Virus record (IMG/VR): IMGVR_UViG_2585427773_000003
Source of the DNA: a virus
Lineage: Duplodnaviria > Heunggongvirae > Uroviricota > Caudoviricetes
Direction: 5' to 3' (one strand)
Length of the DNA stretch: 64,000 nucleotides
The notes under the pieces: model-generated
The model's input: only the letters and a program-made list of their open reading frames with translations
Database searches by the model: none
What the model was told of the DNA's origin: nothing
Part shown: positions 17,770-28,375 of the stretch, piece after piece
Numbering within the stretch: position 1 is the stretch's first letter
Layout: each line of letters opens with the position of its first letter
Made by a program: the position numbers and the translations under genes

Positions 17770-20700
17770 TTAGTTACGTTGAGTGTTTGGGTTGAGTGAT
17801 CCGCCAGGGCGTTTCTCTTGAGCGATAGTCTCAAGCGCGATTGCTTTCATCCGTTGAGCGGCATTGTTCCATATGCTTTCTGTATCGCCGGATTCTGTCG
17901 TGCTACCGTCACTATGGACGTTGATCTCAATTGATACAGGAGAAAGAACATTTCCGCCTCCACTCATACCATCGGTACTGAGCGTTACAGGGATTGTTCG
18001 GCCATCAGGCAATGGAACATACGCCTCATTCATATCGCCTTCCCCAAACAACGCCAATTGAGGTGAGTTGGCGATACCGCCTTTCTGGTATGCCCGGAGC
18101 GGGATCACGCCGTCTTTTCCGAATATGCCACCATTTGCAAACTTCGGAATTGCAGGAATACCATTCGTGCCATCGGCAGCAGAACTGGTCAGATTGTTGA
18201 ACCCGGAAGTTGAGCCAGAAGAACCGGACATCAATCCATCGAATCCACCGCCAGCCCAAGCTGAAACAAGACCAGATGCAACCGTTGCTCCAAAACTCAA
18301 CCACTTATTACCAGAGCCGGAAGCATTAGCTCCAAGCATTGCAAACGCGGCAGACAGCGCGCCGGTAACAGAGCTGAGGTTCTGCATCGAGAAGATGGAG
18401 TCCTTCACGGCTTTTGTCTCAGCATCTTTGGCTTCGGTGCTATCAAATAGCCCCGATACCCAGCTACCAATCGCATTTGTTGCTGTGCCAATTGCGCTGG
18501 TGGTCTGCTGTGTTGTTTGCCCCAATCCAGTTACCGAACTGGACGTCTCCTTCGTGGCTTCTCCTACAGACTTGTCGCCGTTAACAGTGTTGCCCATTCG
18601 TACCCCTTGATTGGCAACGGCGGAAGCAACCCCGGTCAGCAAATTACCACTCTGTGAACTACCAGCAGCGGTGGTCCCCATCCCCAACATGTTCATTAGA
18701 GGCAGCGTGATCTGCGACTTCACGACCATATTGGTGATATCTTTCAAAATGGACTGAGATAGGCTGGAGAAGCTCATCTTCCCGTTAATAACGAAATCAG
18801 TCAGGACATCAGTTAAGCCACTAAACAAATCAGTCCAGGTGCTTTCGATCTGCTCTGCCAGGTTTTCGTATTCCAGTGCCAACTTCTGCGTCGCAGTCCC
18901 CGTCTCTTTAATAAGCGCGGTATTGCCAGCAGCAATCAGTTGATTGATTTTCTTTGTATAAAGCGCCACAACTTTAGGATCAGACGCCTTATCACGAAGT
19001 TCTATCAACGCTTTGAGATTGCGGTTGTAGGTGTCTTCGAAATCAGCAACTTTCTCTTCACGAGACGGCGTATAGCCAGCACTAATAATGGAATCCGCCT
19101 CCGGTGCCCAAGTGGAGATCATCTGCTCAACATTGCGGCGATTAAACATCTCGCGATATTCAGGTGTCGCATTTTTGAGGTCTTCAAGACGTTTTTTCGC
19201 CTTGTCGATCATCTCTTGAGTAATGAACTCGTTAGGTACCGCATTAGCCAAATCTGTCAGCGATTTCGTTGTATCGCGAAGAGACTGATCAAACGATACC
19301 GTAGCCTTAGAGCTTTCACCCATTTGCCCCATAAGCTGATCAGCTTTGTCCAGAGCCTTCTGGTATCCGGCTGCCAGTTTCTGTTGCGCTGCCTGTTCCT
19401 TCTTGGCCGCACGCTGCGAGGCGTTAGCTGATCGTTGGGCTGCTTTCTCGGCAGCTGCTGCATCCTGTTCACGAGCTTTAGTCAGTGCAGCAATGGCTGC
19501 GGCACGCTCTTCATCGCTCATTTTCTCCAGAGAGCTGGCACTGGATGCTTTCTGCAAATTAAGCTGCGTCTTGAGTTGTTTAGGCCCAATAATCGGCTTA
19601 CCTTCGAAGTCCATCATCGGAGTGCCGTCAGGCAAAGTACGCTGATAAGTCGCAGAATCCATCTGGTTTCGCATATATTGCGCCAGCGCCTTCTGAGCAG
19701 CTTTATCAGTTGTACCTAACCCAAGAACAGTCCCCTGGTTTGACATTACGCCCTTACCAGTTTTGGCCGCGTTATCTCTCTCGAACTCTGCCTGAGTCAG
19801 CTCCTGAGCAACGGCTTCCAAATGCTCCTGATAACCACGAATACTGCCTTGCAGTTTCTGGATCTGCTCGGTATTTCCATCCTTTTTGGCTTTTTCAAGC
19901 TGATCATTAAGAGTCGCAATTTGCTTCTCGGTCGCATTCTTACGAGAAGAAAGTGAATCAACCAGTTTTTGCGCAGGCTCCAGATAGCTTTTGTTTACCG
20001 TTTCACGTAACGGTGCCAATAGCTTGTTCTTTTCGTCATCTGAAAGTGAACCGTCATCATTGATTTTCTGGATCTTATCCAGAGCCTCCTGCCGGGCTTT
20101 CACGAATGTTGCCGCGAAAATCTGGTTTTCCGCTCGAATTTTCTCAATCTGAGATTCGGCAGCCTCTTTAGCCAAACGCTTTGCTACAGCGCCGTCACCA
20201 AGAGCTATCGTGCCGGTTATCTTTTGATACTCTTCCTGATTTTTTTTCAGGCGTGCTTCGATGTCAGCCTTCGACTCTTTGTGAGTAATAACACCGGCAG
20301 AGTTAGATACGTAATTAACACCCTCACCAGTTTTTAATGCTCGTTGATCAGCAAGAATCTGCTTTTCGAGCTTTTCTGCGCGGTCGGCCATTTGTGCACG
20401 TTTGGCCGCCGTCATCGCCTCTGGTATTTTCCTAATCTCGTCAACGACCTTTGAAGTTTCGCTGCGGAGCATGGTCATGTACGTGATTAGGCCAGCAACA
20501 GCTACAGTGGCAACTGTAAATGCTGCCCCTATAGGGTTTGCTGCAATGAACGCCGTTAATCCAGCAAAAGCGCCTTTAAGCCCCGTAATCGCCCCACGGA
20601 TGGCGAAAATAAGAGAGGGGATCGGAGCCAGCCCCATACGTGCCGCACGATTGAATCGGGTTACTGCTGTAGCGCCGAGGTTAAATGGAGTCTGTATGGC

Positions 20701-22362
20701 GGTCGCCATCGTGGCAAAGGTGCTAACCATCTGGCTGCCTGCGCCAACTACCCCCATGATCCCTGCTCGCATCAGTTTGAACGCAACCATCGCGGCCACG
20801 ACCTTACCGAGATTAATTACCAGCTCTTGGTTCTTTGCTAACCATTGAGCAAGCTGACGCAACCCATCGATTGCCGTCGTTAACCCCGAGCCTAAAGAAT
20901 TGGCAAACGAAATCCCTTCGGCGCTATTCATGATTGAAGCCAGTTCTTTCATCCCCTTCGATAGAGAATCCAGATATCCGGCCTGACCAACCCGATCAGC
21001 AAATAACGTGAATGACGTCTGAAGTTGCGCCAGCGCACCTGTGTAGGTTTGCATCATGTCTTTCGCTGCGTTCTCATTCTCCGCACGCAGACCAACAAAC
21101 ATCAGAGACAACGCCTGTTTTGCCTCAACCGTACCGCTGGCAACGGCTTTAGTCAGTTCCCCCATAGTGATGCCTGCGGCGTCTGCCATTGCCTGCATCG
21201 CGTTAGGAACGGCTTCACCTAATTGCTGACGTAGCTCTTCCATTGACACGACGCCCTTACCGGACATCTGCTGAACGGCCACAGCCGCACGTTTCAACAG
21301 CTCACTATCACCACCAAAACGAGCAACGGAGTCCACCAGCGCCTTCAGAGAACCATCGGTTGGATCTAAGCCAGCAGAACGAAACTTCACGAAGGAATCT
21401 GTTAACGCCTGCATCGCGAACGGCGCATTTTGAGCCATGTCTACGATGTACTTCATATCATCAGCGGCAGCCTGGCCCGGGTTGGACTTCTCCTTATTCA
21501 ACCCTCGAAGCATCACCCGCATACGTTCCATTTCGGCCGCAGCTTCAACAATAGGCTTCTGCCACCCAAACATGATGTCAGTAACCGTTCTGGCTGCATC
21601 TCCGATCTCGCCAAGCAGGAAAATGTTGCCACGCAGGCCAGAGAACATACCTCCTTCGTTACTTTTACCGCTATGGCCAGAAGCGCCGCTACGCCGCCCG
21701 CTACCACCATCACCACTTCCAGATGTACGAACGCGTACCGGCTTGCTAATCAGTTGCTGACGTCCGATAACTTCGTCCATCTGCTCACGAACCTTTTTCA
21801 GTCCCTCGGCAGCCTGACTCGTTGTGACACCCCAATTACTGAGTCGCTTCGTCGTGGTATTAAGGCGCGTATTCATGCCACTCACGGACGCAGAGGCTTC
21901 TTTGACCTCCGTACCAAAGCGGCTTGCGCTTTTGCTTGCATAGGTCGCCCAATCAGAGAAATCATTTAGCTCTGATTGCACTTTACGTAATGACGCGGTG
22001 AGTTTATCTACTGAAGAAGTTGTCGTATCGACGCGCTCAATCAGGGCTTTAAGACCAGAATTGAGGCTGGTGATGTTGCCACGCATTTTACGCGTAGCAT
22101 CTGAAGCAAGCTCAAAACCGGCAGCTACATCCTGTAGTTTATCTGCCGTAGAATCGAGCTTGCTTTCCAGAACGCCAATGATACGGGCGACCGAACCCAA
22201 AGAGCGTTCAAAGGTTTGGATTTTTTGAGCAGGCTTTGTTACCTGCTCACCAAATCGAGTAAGCAGTTTCCCCGCACGATCGATTGACGCTGTAAACTGT
22301 TTGTCTTCCAGCGACAGGATAAACTCTACGTTTTGTGACATTCCCTTGTCATCCTCTGCCAA
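17770..22362 (-). CDS. Tail tape measure protein
   Basis: 1530 aa, helical/coiled composition, hydrophobic Gly-rich internal segments, position after G/T chaperones. Confidence 0.85.
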   Translation of the reverse strand: MAEDDKGMSQNVEFILSLEDKQFTASIDRAGKLLTRFGEQVTKPAQKIQTFERSLGSVARIIGVLESKLDSTADKLQDVAAGFELASDATRKMRGNITSLNSGLKALIERVDTTTSSVDKLTASLRKVQSELNDFSDWATYASKSASRFGTEVKEASASVSGMNTRLNTTTKRLSNWGVTTSQAAEGLKKVREQMDEVIGRQQLISKPVRVRTSGSGDGGSGRRSGASGHSGKSNEGGMFSGLRGNIFLLGEIGDAARTVTDIMFGWQKPIVEAAAEMERMRVMLRGLNKEKSNPGQAAADDMKYIVDMAQNAPFAMQALTDSFVKFRSAGLDPTDGSLKALVDSVARFGGDSELLKRAAVAVQQMSGKGVVSMEELRQQLGEAVPNAMQAMADAAGITMGELTKAVASGTVEAKQALSLMFVGLRAENENAAKDMMQTYTGALAQLQTSFTLFADRVGQAGYLDSLSKGMKELASIMNSAEGISFANSLGSGLTTAIDGLRQLAQWLAKNQELVINLGKVVAAMVAFKLMRAGIMGVVGAGSQMVSTFATMATAIQTPFNLGATAVTRFNRAARMGLAPIPSLIFAIRGAITGLKGAFAGLTAFIAANPIGAAFTVATVAVAGLITYMTMLRSETSKVVDEIRKIPEAMTAAKRAQMADRAEKLEKQILADQRALKTGEGVNYVSNSAGVITHKESKADIEARLKKNQEEYQKITGTIALGDGAVAKRLAKEAAESQIEKIRAENQIFAATFVKARQEALDKIQKINDDGSLSDDEKNKLLAPLRETVNKSYLEPAQKLVDSLSSRKNATEKQIATLNDQLEKAKKDGNTEQIQKLQGSIRGYQEHLEAVAQELTQAEFERDNAAKTGKGVMSNQGTVLGLGTTDKAAQKALAQYMRNQMDSATYQRTLPDGTPMMDFEGKPIIGPKQLKTQLNLQKASSASSLEKMSDEERAAAIAALTKAREQDAAAAEKAAQRSANASQRAAKKEQAAQQKLAAGYQKALDKADQLMGQMGESSKATVSFDQSLRDTTKSLTDLANAVPNEFITQEMIDKAKKRLEDLKNATPEYREMFNRRNVEQMISTWAPEADSIISAGYTPSREEKVADFEDTYNRNLKALIELRDKASDPKVVALYTKKINQLIAAGNTALIKETGTATQKLALEYENLAEQIESTWTDLFSGLTDVLTDFVINGKMSFSSLSQSILKDITNMVVKSQITLPLMNMLGMGTTAAGSSQSGNLLTGVASAVANQGVRMGNTVNGDKSVGEATKETSSSVTGLGQTTQQTTSAIGTATNAIGSWVSGLFDSTEAKDAETKAVKDSIFSMQNLSSVTGALSAAFAMLGANASGSGNKWLSFGATVASGLVSAWAGGGFDGLMSGSSGSTSGFNNLTSSAADGTNGIPAIPKFANGGIFGKDGVIPLRAYQKGGIANSPQLALFGEGDMNEAYVPLPDGRTIPVTLSTDGMSGGGNVLSPVSIEINVHSDGSTTESGDTESIWNNAAQRMKAIALETIAQEKRPGGSLNPNTQRN

Positions 22363-22618
22363 ATATTTGCATCAGTTGCTCTTTGGCGTCAGGGTCTGCC
22401 TTATCCTGGCTTGGATCGTAGACTTTATCTGTTACGACTGGTCTTCCAATCCTGAGTTGCAAACCCTCCATGAACGCCTTCACAGCCTCGCCATCCGCCT
22501 GGGACGCACGAGCGACTTGTAAGTTGCGGACATCCTCTTCCGCACGCAGACGGTCTATATTGCGACTGAGCATCCAGAACATCGTGAGAGGAACGTTCAG
22601 TAGCTCTAATGGCGACAC
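22349..22618 (-). CDS. Tail assembly chaperone T-like segment (expected -1 frameshift extension of G)
   Basis: Open frame in -1 register relative to G, overlapping G 3' end and tape measure start; slippery site not pinpointed. Confidence 0.5.
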   Translation of the reverse strand: MSPLELLNVPLTMFWMLSRNIDRLRAEEDVRNLQVARASQADGEAVKAFMEGLQLRIGRPVVTDKVYDPSQDKADPDAKEQLMQIFGRG

Positions 22619-22698
22619 GGCGTAGTGAGCAACTACACGACTGAAATAGAATCCGAGATCTATTGAGACGGTCCTTGTCCCGGATTCATCGCGGGAAA

Positions 22699-23016
22699 TT
22701 ACTTTGCCCCTTCGCCAGCCGCTTTTTCGTTTTCTTCATCAATCACTTCCATAGCGAAGGTGAAGATCTGCTGGAGTTGCGGAACAGTCAGTTTTTCAAG
22801 AACTTCGTCAGGTACTGAAGGGATAACCTTACGAACCAGATCTGCATAAGCTGTCACTTGCTCAACAGGAGACATGTTCATGAGATCTTTGCCTTCCATC
22901 TGCTTGATGGAAACGAACAGACCTACCGTCATTTCAACGATGGGATATTCCTGACCGCCAAATTTGATGCTTTTCTTCGGAGGCAGAATGGAATCGAGAT
23001 CGAGTAATTTGGTCAT
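22699..23016 (-). CDS. Tail assembly chaperone (lambda G-like)
   Basis: 105 aa acidic protein between major tail and tape measure genes; RBS aaggat. Confidence 0.7.
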   Translation of the reverse strand: MTKLLDLDSILPPKKSIKFGGQEYPIVEMTVGLFVSIKQMEGKDLMNMSPVEQVTAYADLVRKVIPSVPDEVLEKLTVPQLQQIFTFAMEVIDEENEKAAGEGAK

Positions 23017-23030
23017 TGGTTAAAATCCTT

Positions 23031-23060
23031 TTAAAAGAGAGGCTCATCCTGAGCCTCTGC
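23031..23060 (-). terminator. Rho-independent terminator after major tail gene
   Basis: Stem gagaggctc/gagcctctg followed by T-tract on minus strand. Confidence 0.6.
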
Positions 23061-23071
23061 TTAATTACTGA

Positions 23072-23818
23072 TTAACCTGCGGAGTTAATCGTTACTGACT
23101 TAGTAGCCTTCTTACCACCGCTATTGCTGGTGAAGGAGATATTTGTAGAACCCTGCGCCACACCACGTACCAGACCCGTTTGATCTACCGTGGCCTTTTC
23201 CTGGTCTTCGGATTCCCAAACACCGGTTTTGTCTGCGGCATCAGCTGGAGTGATTTCGGCTGTCAGTTGCACAGTCTCCCCTGCTTTTACAGTTGGAGAT
23301 TCCGGTTTGATCGACACGGTTTTTACCGGTTTAGGGCCGCTCATTCTTCCCAGAACGCCTTCGTCATCAGGGTATGCGCTGAACTGAACAGAGAACACAC
23401 GAACATCATCAGACTGGTAAGTCATGGTGAAGTTGCCCGCGGTTGCCGCTTTCGGGATGGTCAACACATAGTCGGTGGTGTCCTGCGGAGTCAGAACCAG
23501 CTCCTTCGCCACATCAATCAGGTTAACGCCCTGTGCAGATGTGATCGTGACAGAGCTGTCATCTTCGCTCAGAGTAGAACCAGGCATCAGGTCAACCATG
23601 TTTTGGAGTACAGACTCAGCCAGAGGCGCGGTGATGGTAATGTTGCGCCCCTGAACTAATTCGGAAATTACGGTCTGCCCCAACTGATCGACGGTGACTT
23701 TCAGCGTTTCAGTGGCTACTTCAACCTGAACACCACCTTTGGTGTAACCCAAATCCACACCACCAAACGACACCTTACAGGCACCAAGTTTGATGTTTTT
23801 TACATGGGTATTAGACAT
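23072..23818 (-). CDS. Major tail protein with C-terminal Ig-like (Big_2-type) domain
   Basis: Position; C-terminal T/V-rich beta domain resembling bacterial Ig-like repeats; RBS aaggag before ATG 23818. Confidence 0.7.
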   Translation of the reverse strand: MSNTHVKNIKLGACKVSFGGVDLGYTKGGVQVEVATETLKVTVDQLGQTVISELVQGRNITITAPLAESVLQNMVDLMPGSTLSEDDSSVTITSAQGVNLIDVAKELVLTPQDTTDYVLTIPKAATAGNFTMTYQSDDVRVFSVQFSAYPDDEGVLGRMSGPKPVKTVSIKPESPTVKAGETVQLTAEITPADAADKTGVWESEDQEKATVDQTGLVRGVAQGSTNISFTSNSGGKKATKSVTINSAG

Positions 23819-23867
23819 TGATGGAAAACTCCTTTTTCCGTTAATTCTACGCATTCATTGCGCTAAT

Positions 23868-23883
23868 AGTAAGTATATACTTA
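23868..23883. promoter_or_regulatory. Perfect 16-bp palindrome GTAAGTATATACTTAC
   Basis: 50-65 bp upstream of major tail gene start; member of recurring late-region palindrome family. Confidence 0.5.
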
Positions 23884-23892
23884 CCAATTGAG

Positions 23893-24249
23893 TTAATTCA
23901 ATAAATAGCCAGCAAATTCAACAGGAATGCCTGCTTCTATTAATGCCCCATCATTTTTGGGATAAATGATTGGCATCGCCATCGGTCGTACAAGTCGAAA
24001 ATAAACACCACCAGATTCCGTTTCCTCTACTGGAAACATCTCAATGATTTTATTGGCTTTCTCAACCGTCGTAGTAATTGACGAACCACGCACAATGATT
24101 GTGAATGATTCGTGATAAAAGCCCTGTAGCTCATGATCGATGCTGATACCGGTATTTGGGTTAATAAGCAGGACGCCAGATTTCACATTGGCAGGCAAGT
24201 AGTGACAGAAAATGTCAGTCCCGACCGTGCCAATCTTTGCCTTCTGCAT
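23893..24249 (-). CDS. Tail completion/terminator-like protein
   Basis: Synteny (immediately upstream of major tail gene); about 118 aa. Confidence 0.4.
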   Translation of the reverse strand: MQKAKIGTVGTDIFCHYLPANVKSGVLLINPNTGISIDHELQGFYHESFTIIVRGSSITTTVEKANKIIEMFPVEETESGGVYFRLVRPMAMPIIYPKNDGALIEAGIPVEFAGYLLN

Positions 24250-24277
24250 CAAACTTGCAAACGCTTCGATAAACACA

Positions 24278-24751
24278 TTAACCTCTCGTAAAACCGGCTT
24301 TTCTTGCAGCCTCAAGAATCGCTTCTGAGAACTGCTTCTCGCTAATTTCCACCGCTCTTTCCAGAAAGTGTGGCCCAACACGAGGTTTAACACCGGCAAT
24401 TGGTGGGTTTGTCACGTTCTTCATTCGAGAAAGATAACCGAGTCGGTATTTACCCAGCTCCATGTACTTAGCATAGTCACCGACTTCTACGCCCGGATGC
24501 CCCTGACGTGGTTTTGCTCCAGACACAGAAAGCTCAATGCGCAGCCCTGAATAACCTTCTTTAATCACCCTGGCAAAGATGGCTGTCTCCAGAGATCCGG
24601 TTTCCAGCGGGGCCATTGCACGACTGAGACGCTCAACCAAACGCGCCAGCTTTTCCATGTCCCGAATAAGATATCGCTTAAATGCTTTCTGGCTGTTATT
24701 GAGTCTATTCCCCGCACGTTTGAACTGATGCGCATCGTATTTCAGACCCAT
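24278..24751 (-). CDS. Head-tail connector/tail component protein
   Basis: Synteny within head-tail joining block; 157 aa. Confidence 0.4.
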   Translation of the reverse strand: MGLKYDAHQFKRAGNRLNNSQKAFKRYLIRDMEKLARLVERLSRAMAPLETGSLETAIFARVIKEGYSGLRIELSVSGAKPRQGHPGVEVGDYAKYMELGKYRLGYLSRMKNVTNPPIAGVKPRVGPHFLERAVEISEKQFSEAILEAARKAGFTRG

Positions 24752-25086
24752 ATATTCGCCCCCACTTCAAGATGCCCAGGTCTTCCTCGTAGCCCCCAGC
24801 GGCGATGAACACTGGACACCTTTAATTTTTGACCTTCAAGGATCAGCACATCATCAAGTTGTACAGCCGCTTCTAAAGGGACAACTAACACAGCATCAAA
24901 CAGCTCCAGACTCGCCTTACCACGACTACCAGAGCTATCAGCACGAACTGACGATTTCTCATTACTCTGTTCGAACTTAACCACGCCGACATTCGTCTTC
25001 CTGACGAATTGTAATTGCGCCTCACCGTAAACGTTCTTTGCGCCAAAGCGGTAGATCGCAATTTCTGTTTGCCATGAAATATTCAT
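24742..25086 (-). CDS. Head-tail joining (head closure-like) protein
   Basis: Synteny; about 114 aa. Confidence 0.35.
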   Translation of the reverse strand: MNISWQTEIAIYRFGAKNVYGEAQLQFVRKTNVGVVKFEQSNEKSSVRADSSGSRGKASLELFDAVLVVPLEAAVQLDDVLILEGQKLKVSSVHRRWGLRGRPGHLEVGANIWV

Positions 25087-25165
25087 GCTCTCTCCCTGTT
25101 GTTGTCGGTCGCTCTCATTACTGGCCAAAAAACCTTTCGACCAAAAGTAAATAATGCGACTGGCG

Positions 25166-25999
25166 TTACGCACGGCGAACAATCATACGGTTGTTGATGT
25201 AACTGACCAGCAAGCGCCAGGTACTACGAGCCACATGCACGTTTGCAGCTTTACCGGTACGGTACATGTTGGTTGTTTCACCGATGGACTCTGACAAAAT
25301 GCCATCCTCTCGTGCTGCGGCTACATCATTGCCATTTGCGATCTCACACGCTTCGTTGACAACGGCAAGCATCAACGCTTCTTTGAAGTAGTCAGGGAAC
25401 TCTTCAAACTTCTCCTGCGTCATCTTTTCCCAATCGACTAAATCATGCCGGTACGCTCCATCTGCTCCCCACGGAATGTCATACACATTCAGCATATTTT
25501 GAGGGCGATCGTATCGGTCAAAGTCGATACGTAGAATTTTGCGGATTGAGAACGGTAAAGTTTTAATTCGTCTGGTAGCCTCAATGAGACGCTTGCGCAT
25601 TAAGCCTTCACCATCCGACAGCAAAGTGTCCCCATTCAGCATATCGATCGCCTGCATTTGAGCATCAGCGACAGTTGCAAACGACTGTTCTGGTATCGAC
25701 AGTTCAAAACTATTCAGCAGAACATACATTTGCCGCTCTTCATGCGTCAGACCCGATGCAACAGCCTTCACAATGACGTACCGCAGATCTCGCTCTTTCT
25801 CAGAGAGCTGGTTATATTCAGCCGACACGACAACCGGAATCGACATTTGACCGCTGGTAATTTCTAGCGGCTCGCCATCAACGAGAATAGCCCCGGTGCT
25901 GTCCTTTACTGTGTAGGTAGCAGATTCGATATCCAGCACGTTGAAGGCAAATGAAAGGGAAACAGCTTCACCGCTACGATACGAGTCGATCTGCGCCAT
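25166..25999 (-). CDS. Structural protein of unknown function (head-tail region)
   Basis: Synteny in structural operon; 277 aa. Confidence 0.35.
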   Translation of the reverse strand: MAQIDSYRSGEAVSLSFAFNVLDIESATYTVKDSTGAILVDGEPLEITSGQMSIPVVVSAEYNQLSEKERDLRYVIVKAVASGLTHEERQMYVLLNSFELSIPEQSFATVADAQMQAIDMLNGDTLLSDGEGLMRKRLIEATRRIKTLPFSIRKILRIDFDRYDRPQNMLNVYDIPWGADGAYRHDLVDWEKMTQEKFEEFPDYFKEALMLAVVNEACEIANGNDVAAAREDGILSESIGETTNMYRTGKAANVHVARSTWRLLVSYINNRMIVRRA

Positions 26000-26433
26000 T
26001 ACTCACCGCCTTGTGCTTTCAGGATGCCTTCAATCATCTCGACAATTCCTTTCGCTTTGACACCAACCTGATTACCAATCACACGTAGACCGGCAATGCC
26101 TTCATTGTCTGCAATTGACTCCAACTCTTCTCGTGTGAAAGTCTGGATCTGTTTGGCCGGTTCATCTGGTGTCCCACGTTTCATTGGCACAATGTCAGGT
26201 GCTGCTGGCTCGGTAATCAGGTCTGCGGTCAACTCGCCACGATCACTGTATGCGGCAGACGGAGAAACATTTTTGCCCTCGACTGTTGATGCTCGCATTG
26301 AGGCACAAATCCTTTGCTGATCGATAAAAGGCAACTCCGCTACGGACACCCCGTTCTCGAACTGAACGCCGCACAGCATTCCCGAATAACCGGAAAATTG
26401 CGGTTCTAATAAAACAATTTTTGCTGGTTTCAT
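25999..26433 (-). CDS. Hypothetical structural protein
   Basis: Synteny; 144 aa; start overlaps upstream stop. Confidence 0.3.
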   Translation of the reverse strand: MKPAKIVLLEPQFSGYSGMLCGVQFENGVSVAELPFIDQQRICASMRASTVEGKNVSPSAAYSDRGELTADLITEPAAPDIVPMKRGTPDEPAKQIQTFTREELESIADNEGIAGLRVIGNQVGVKAKGIVEMIEGILKAQGGE

Positions 26434-26477
26434 AACGCTTTCTCTCCTCTTGGGCGGCTTTCGCCGCCCAATGTCGG

Positions 26478-27398
26478 TTATTCCTGTGCGGCAGTGACCT
26501 CTACGGTCGCTGTCGCTTTGTGGCTACCATCTTGGGTAGTAACCTCGATTGTGGCAGTACCAGCCGCAACACCAGTTACAACACCGGTTTCGCTGTCCAC
26601 CGTTGCAAACTCGGTATTTTTAGATTCCCAAGTAACGGTTTTATTTGTGGCTCCTGCCGGCTCGACATTTGCGGTCAGCTGAACAGTTTTGTTTGCCTCA
26701 ACGGTTGTGCTATTTGGGTCGATTTCGACGCCTGTAACAGCCACAACAGGCGCAGTTACTTCCACCGTTGCAGTTGCCTTTTTGCTACCATCTTGGGAAA
26801 CGATCTCAATCGTCGCAGTGCCAACTTCTACACCAGTTACGTTCCCGCTCTGGTCTACCGTTGCCTTATCTTCATTTTTGGAAGACCAGGTAACAGCCTT
26901 ATTCGTCGCATTTGACGGCTGAACATTCGCTTTCAGACTGACTGATTTCCCTTTCTCAACAGACGTTGATTCTGGCGTTACCGTTACGGATTGAACGGCT
27001 ACCGGATTTACGGTGACTTCCACTGAAGCGGAAAGCTGGGTTTCCTGATCAGTTGCAGTAATTTTTACTTTGCCTGGGGCTACGCCAGTTACTAATCCAG
27101 TGCCGTTAACGGTTGCAATTTGATCATTGGCTGACTTCCAGGTAAATGAACTGGCACTCTTACCCATACTAATACCTGCACTAAGTTGAACAGTTTTCCC
27201 AACCAAAACTGATGGTGAAGCCGGAGTTATGTTTACGGATTGGGAGAAGGGAACCGCCTGCAAACAAGCAGATAGCTGACTTTGTTGCCGCTCGGTTAAA
27301 GGTTCATCGGAGATAGAATTGGTAAATCCGGCGCGGCACATATGCCCCGTAAAATCCGAAAATGCCTCTTCCGTAATCTTCATCTTTTGTTCTGGCAT
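26478..27398 (-). CDS. Capsid decoration-like protein with three Ig-like (Big_2-type) repeats
   Basis: Three tandem about 85-aa repeats (ATV.....G.V.GV..G.A.I); follows major capsid gene; RBS aggag. Confidence 0.6.
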   Translation of the reverse strand: MPEQKMKITEEAFSDFTGHMCRAGFTNSISDEPLTERQQSQLSACLQAVPFSQSVNITPASPSVLVGKTVQLSAGISMGKSASSFTWKSANDQIATVNGTGLVTGVAPGKVKITATDQETQLSASVEVTVNPVAVQSVTVTPESTSVEKGKSVSLKANVQPSNATNKAVTWSSKNEDKATVDQSGNVTGVEVGTATIEIVSQDGSKKATATVEVTAPVVAVTGVEIDPNSTTVEANKTVQLTANVEPAGATNKTVTWESKNTEFATVDSETGVVTGVAAGTATIEVTTQDGSHKATATVEVTAAQE

Positions 27399-27411
27399 TT
27401 CTTGCTCCTAC

Positions 27412-27440
27412 AAAAAGGGTGGGCGTATAGCCCACCCTTA
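27412..27440 (-). terminator. Rho-independent terminator between major capsid and decoration genes
   Basis: Stem gggtggg/cccaccc with T-tract on minus strand. Confidence 0.7.
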
Positions 27441-27445
27441 AACAT

Positions 27446-27461
27446 AGATAATTACTTATCT
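27446..27461. promoter_or_regulatory. Palindrome AGATAAttacTTATCT
   Basis: Perfect 6-bp arms, between capsid stop and terminator. Confidence 0.4.
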
Positions 27462-27471
27462 ACCACACTGA

Positions 27472-28350
27472 TTAAATTTTTACATTGGTCAGTGCAGCGA
27501 TAGCCTTATCGTGCTTATTCGCCAGAGAGCAGTACCACTTCACACGGGTACGTACTGCGTCTTTGTTCTGTACAGTACCAATGTTTTCAACAACGATACC
27601 TGCGTTGTCGCCGCCATACAGACCAGTAACGCCGTTCTCTTCAGAAAGGTGCAGACAGTAGATATCCGCTTTGGTGGAGTCCACAACCGGAATGAAGTCG
27701 TTTACGATAAACGGAACGCCGTTATGGCACAGCATTGGTCGACCGAAGTTTTCCATCATGATTTCGGACGGGCCTACGTTTACAGTTCGCAGCAGCGCAC
27801 GATATGCGCGAAGATGCTCAGAACGCATCATGATGCAGTCTGCGCCCAGATCTTTAACTGCGTCGACCAGTTCGTCGAACATAGAGAAAGTCATGGATGC
27901 GCCGGAGATGTCGATCTTCTGATCGTCATGCATCAGCTTCGGAATACCGTCGAAGGCTTTGTTGTTAGTGGTGGAGTCGCCAACAATCAGATTGCGACGG
28001 AAGGCACGAGCCAGACCTTTGACTTTCTGACGAACCTGGATAGCCAGCTGGTTGTTGGTATCAGCCATAGTGGTAGCCAGGAATTTGTCGACGTCAACGT
28101 CGCCAGCCAGAATGCGCAGCTTCGCAACTTTCTCTTCGAAGGTTGCTGCGCCTTCGGTGATGGTGTCGTTCACATCAATGAAAGTAGCTTCGCTCAGCGT
28201 TTTTTCACGGTTGTACAGATATGCCTTTGAATTAATTTTCATAAAAGGCAGGATGGCAAACAGGTCATCGCGATCAATGATGGTTTCGATCACACCCTGT
28301 TCGAGTTCGTTGTTAGACAGCTTTTCAGCTTCTTCACGCAGTAATGGCAT
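27472..28350 (-). CDS. Major capsid protein
   Basis: 292 aa; position after scaffold gene and before terminator/decoration gene. Confidence 0.6.
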   Translation of the reverse strand: MPLLREEAEKLSNNELEQGVIETIIDRDDLFAILPFMKINSKAYLYNREKTLSEATFIDVNDTITEGAATFEEKVAKLRILAGDVDVDKFLATTMADTNNQLAIQVRQKVKGLARAFRRNLIVGDSTTNNKAFDGIPKLMHDDQKIDISGASMTFSMFDELVDAVKDLGADCIMMRSEHLRAYRALLRTVNVGPSEIMMENFGRPMLCHNGVPFIVNDFIPVVDSTKADIYCLHLSEENGVTGLYGGDNAGIVVENIGTVQNKDAVRTRVKWYCSLANKHDKAIAALTNVKI

Positions 28351-28375
28351 CTATCAATTCCCTTTGATTTAGATG

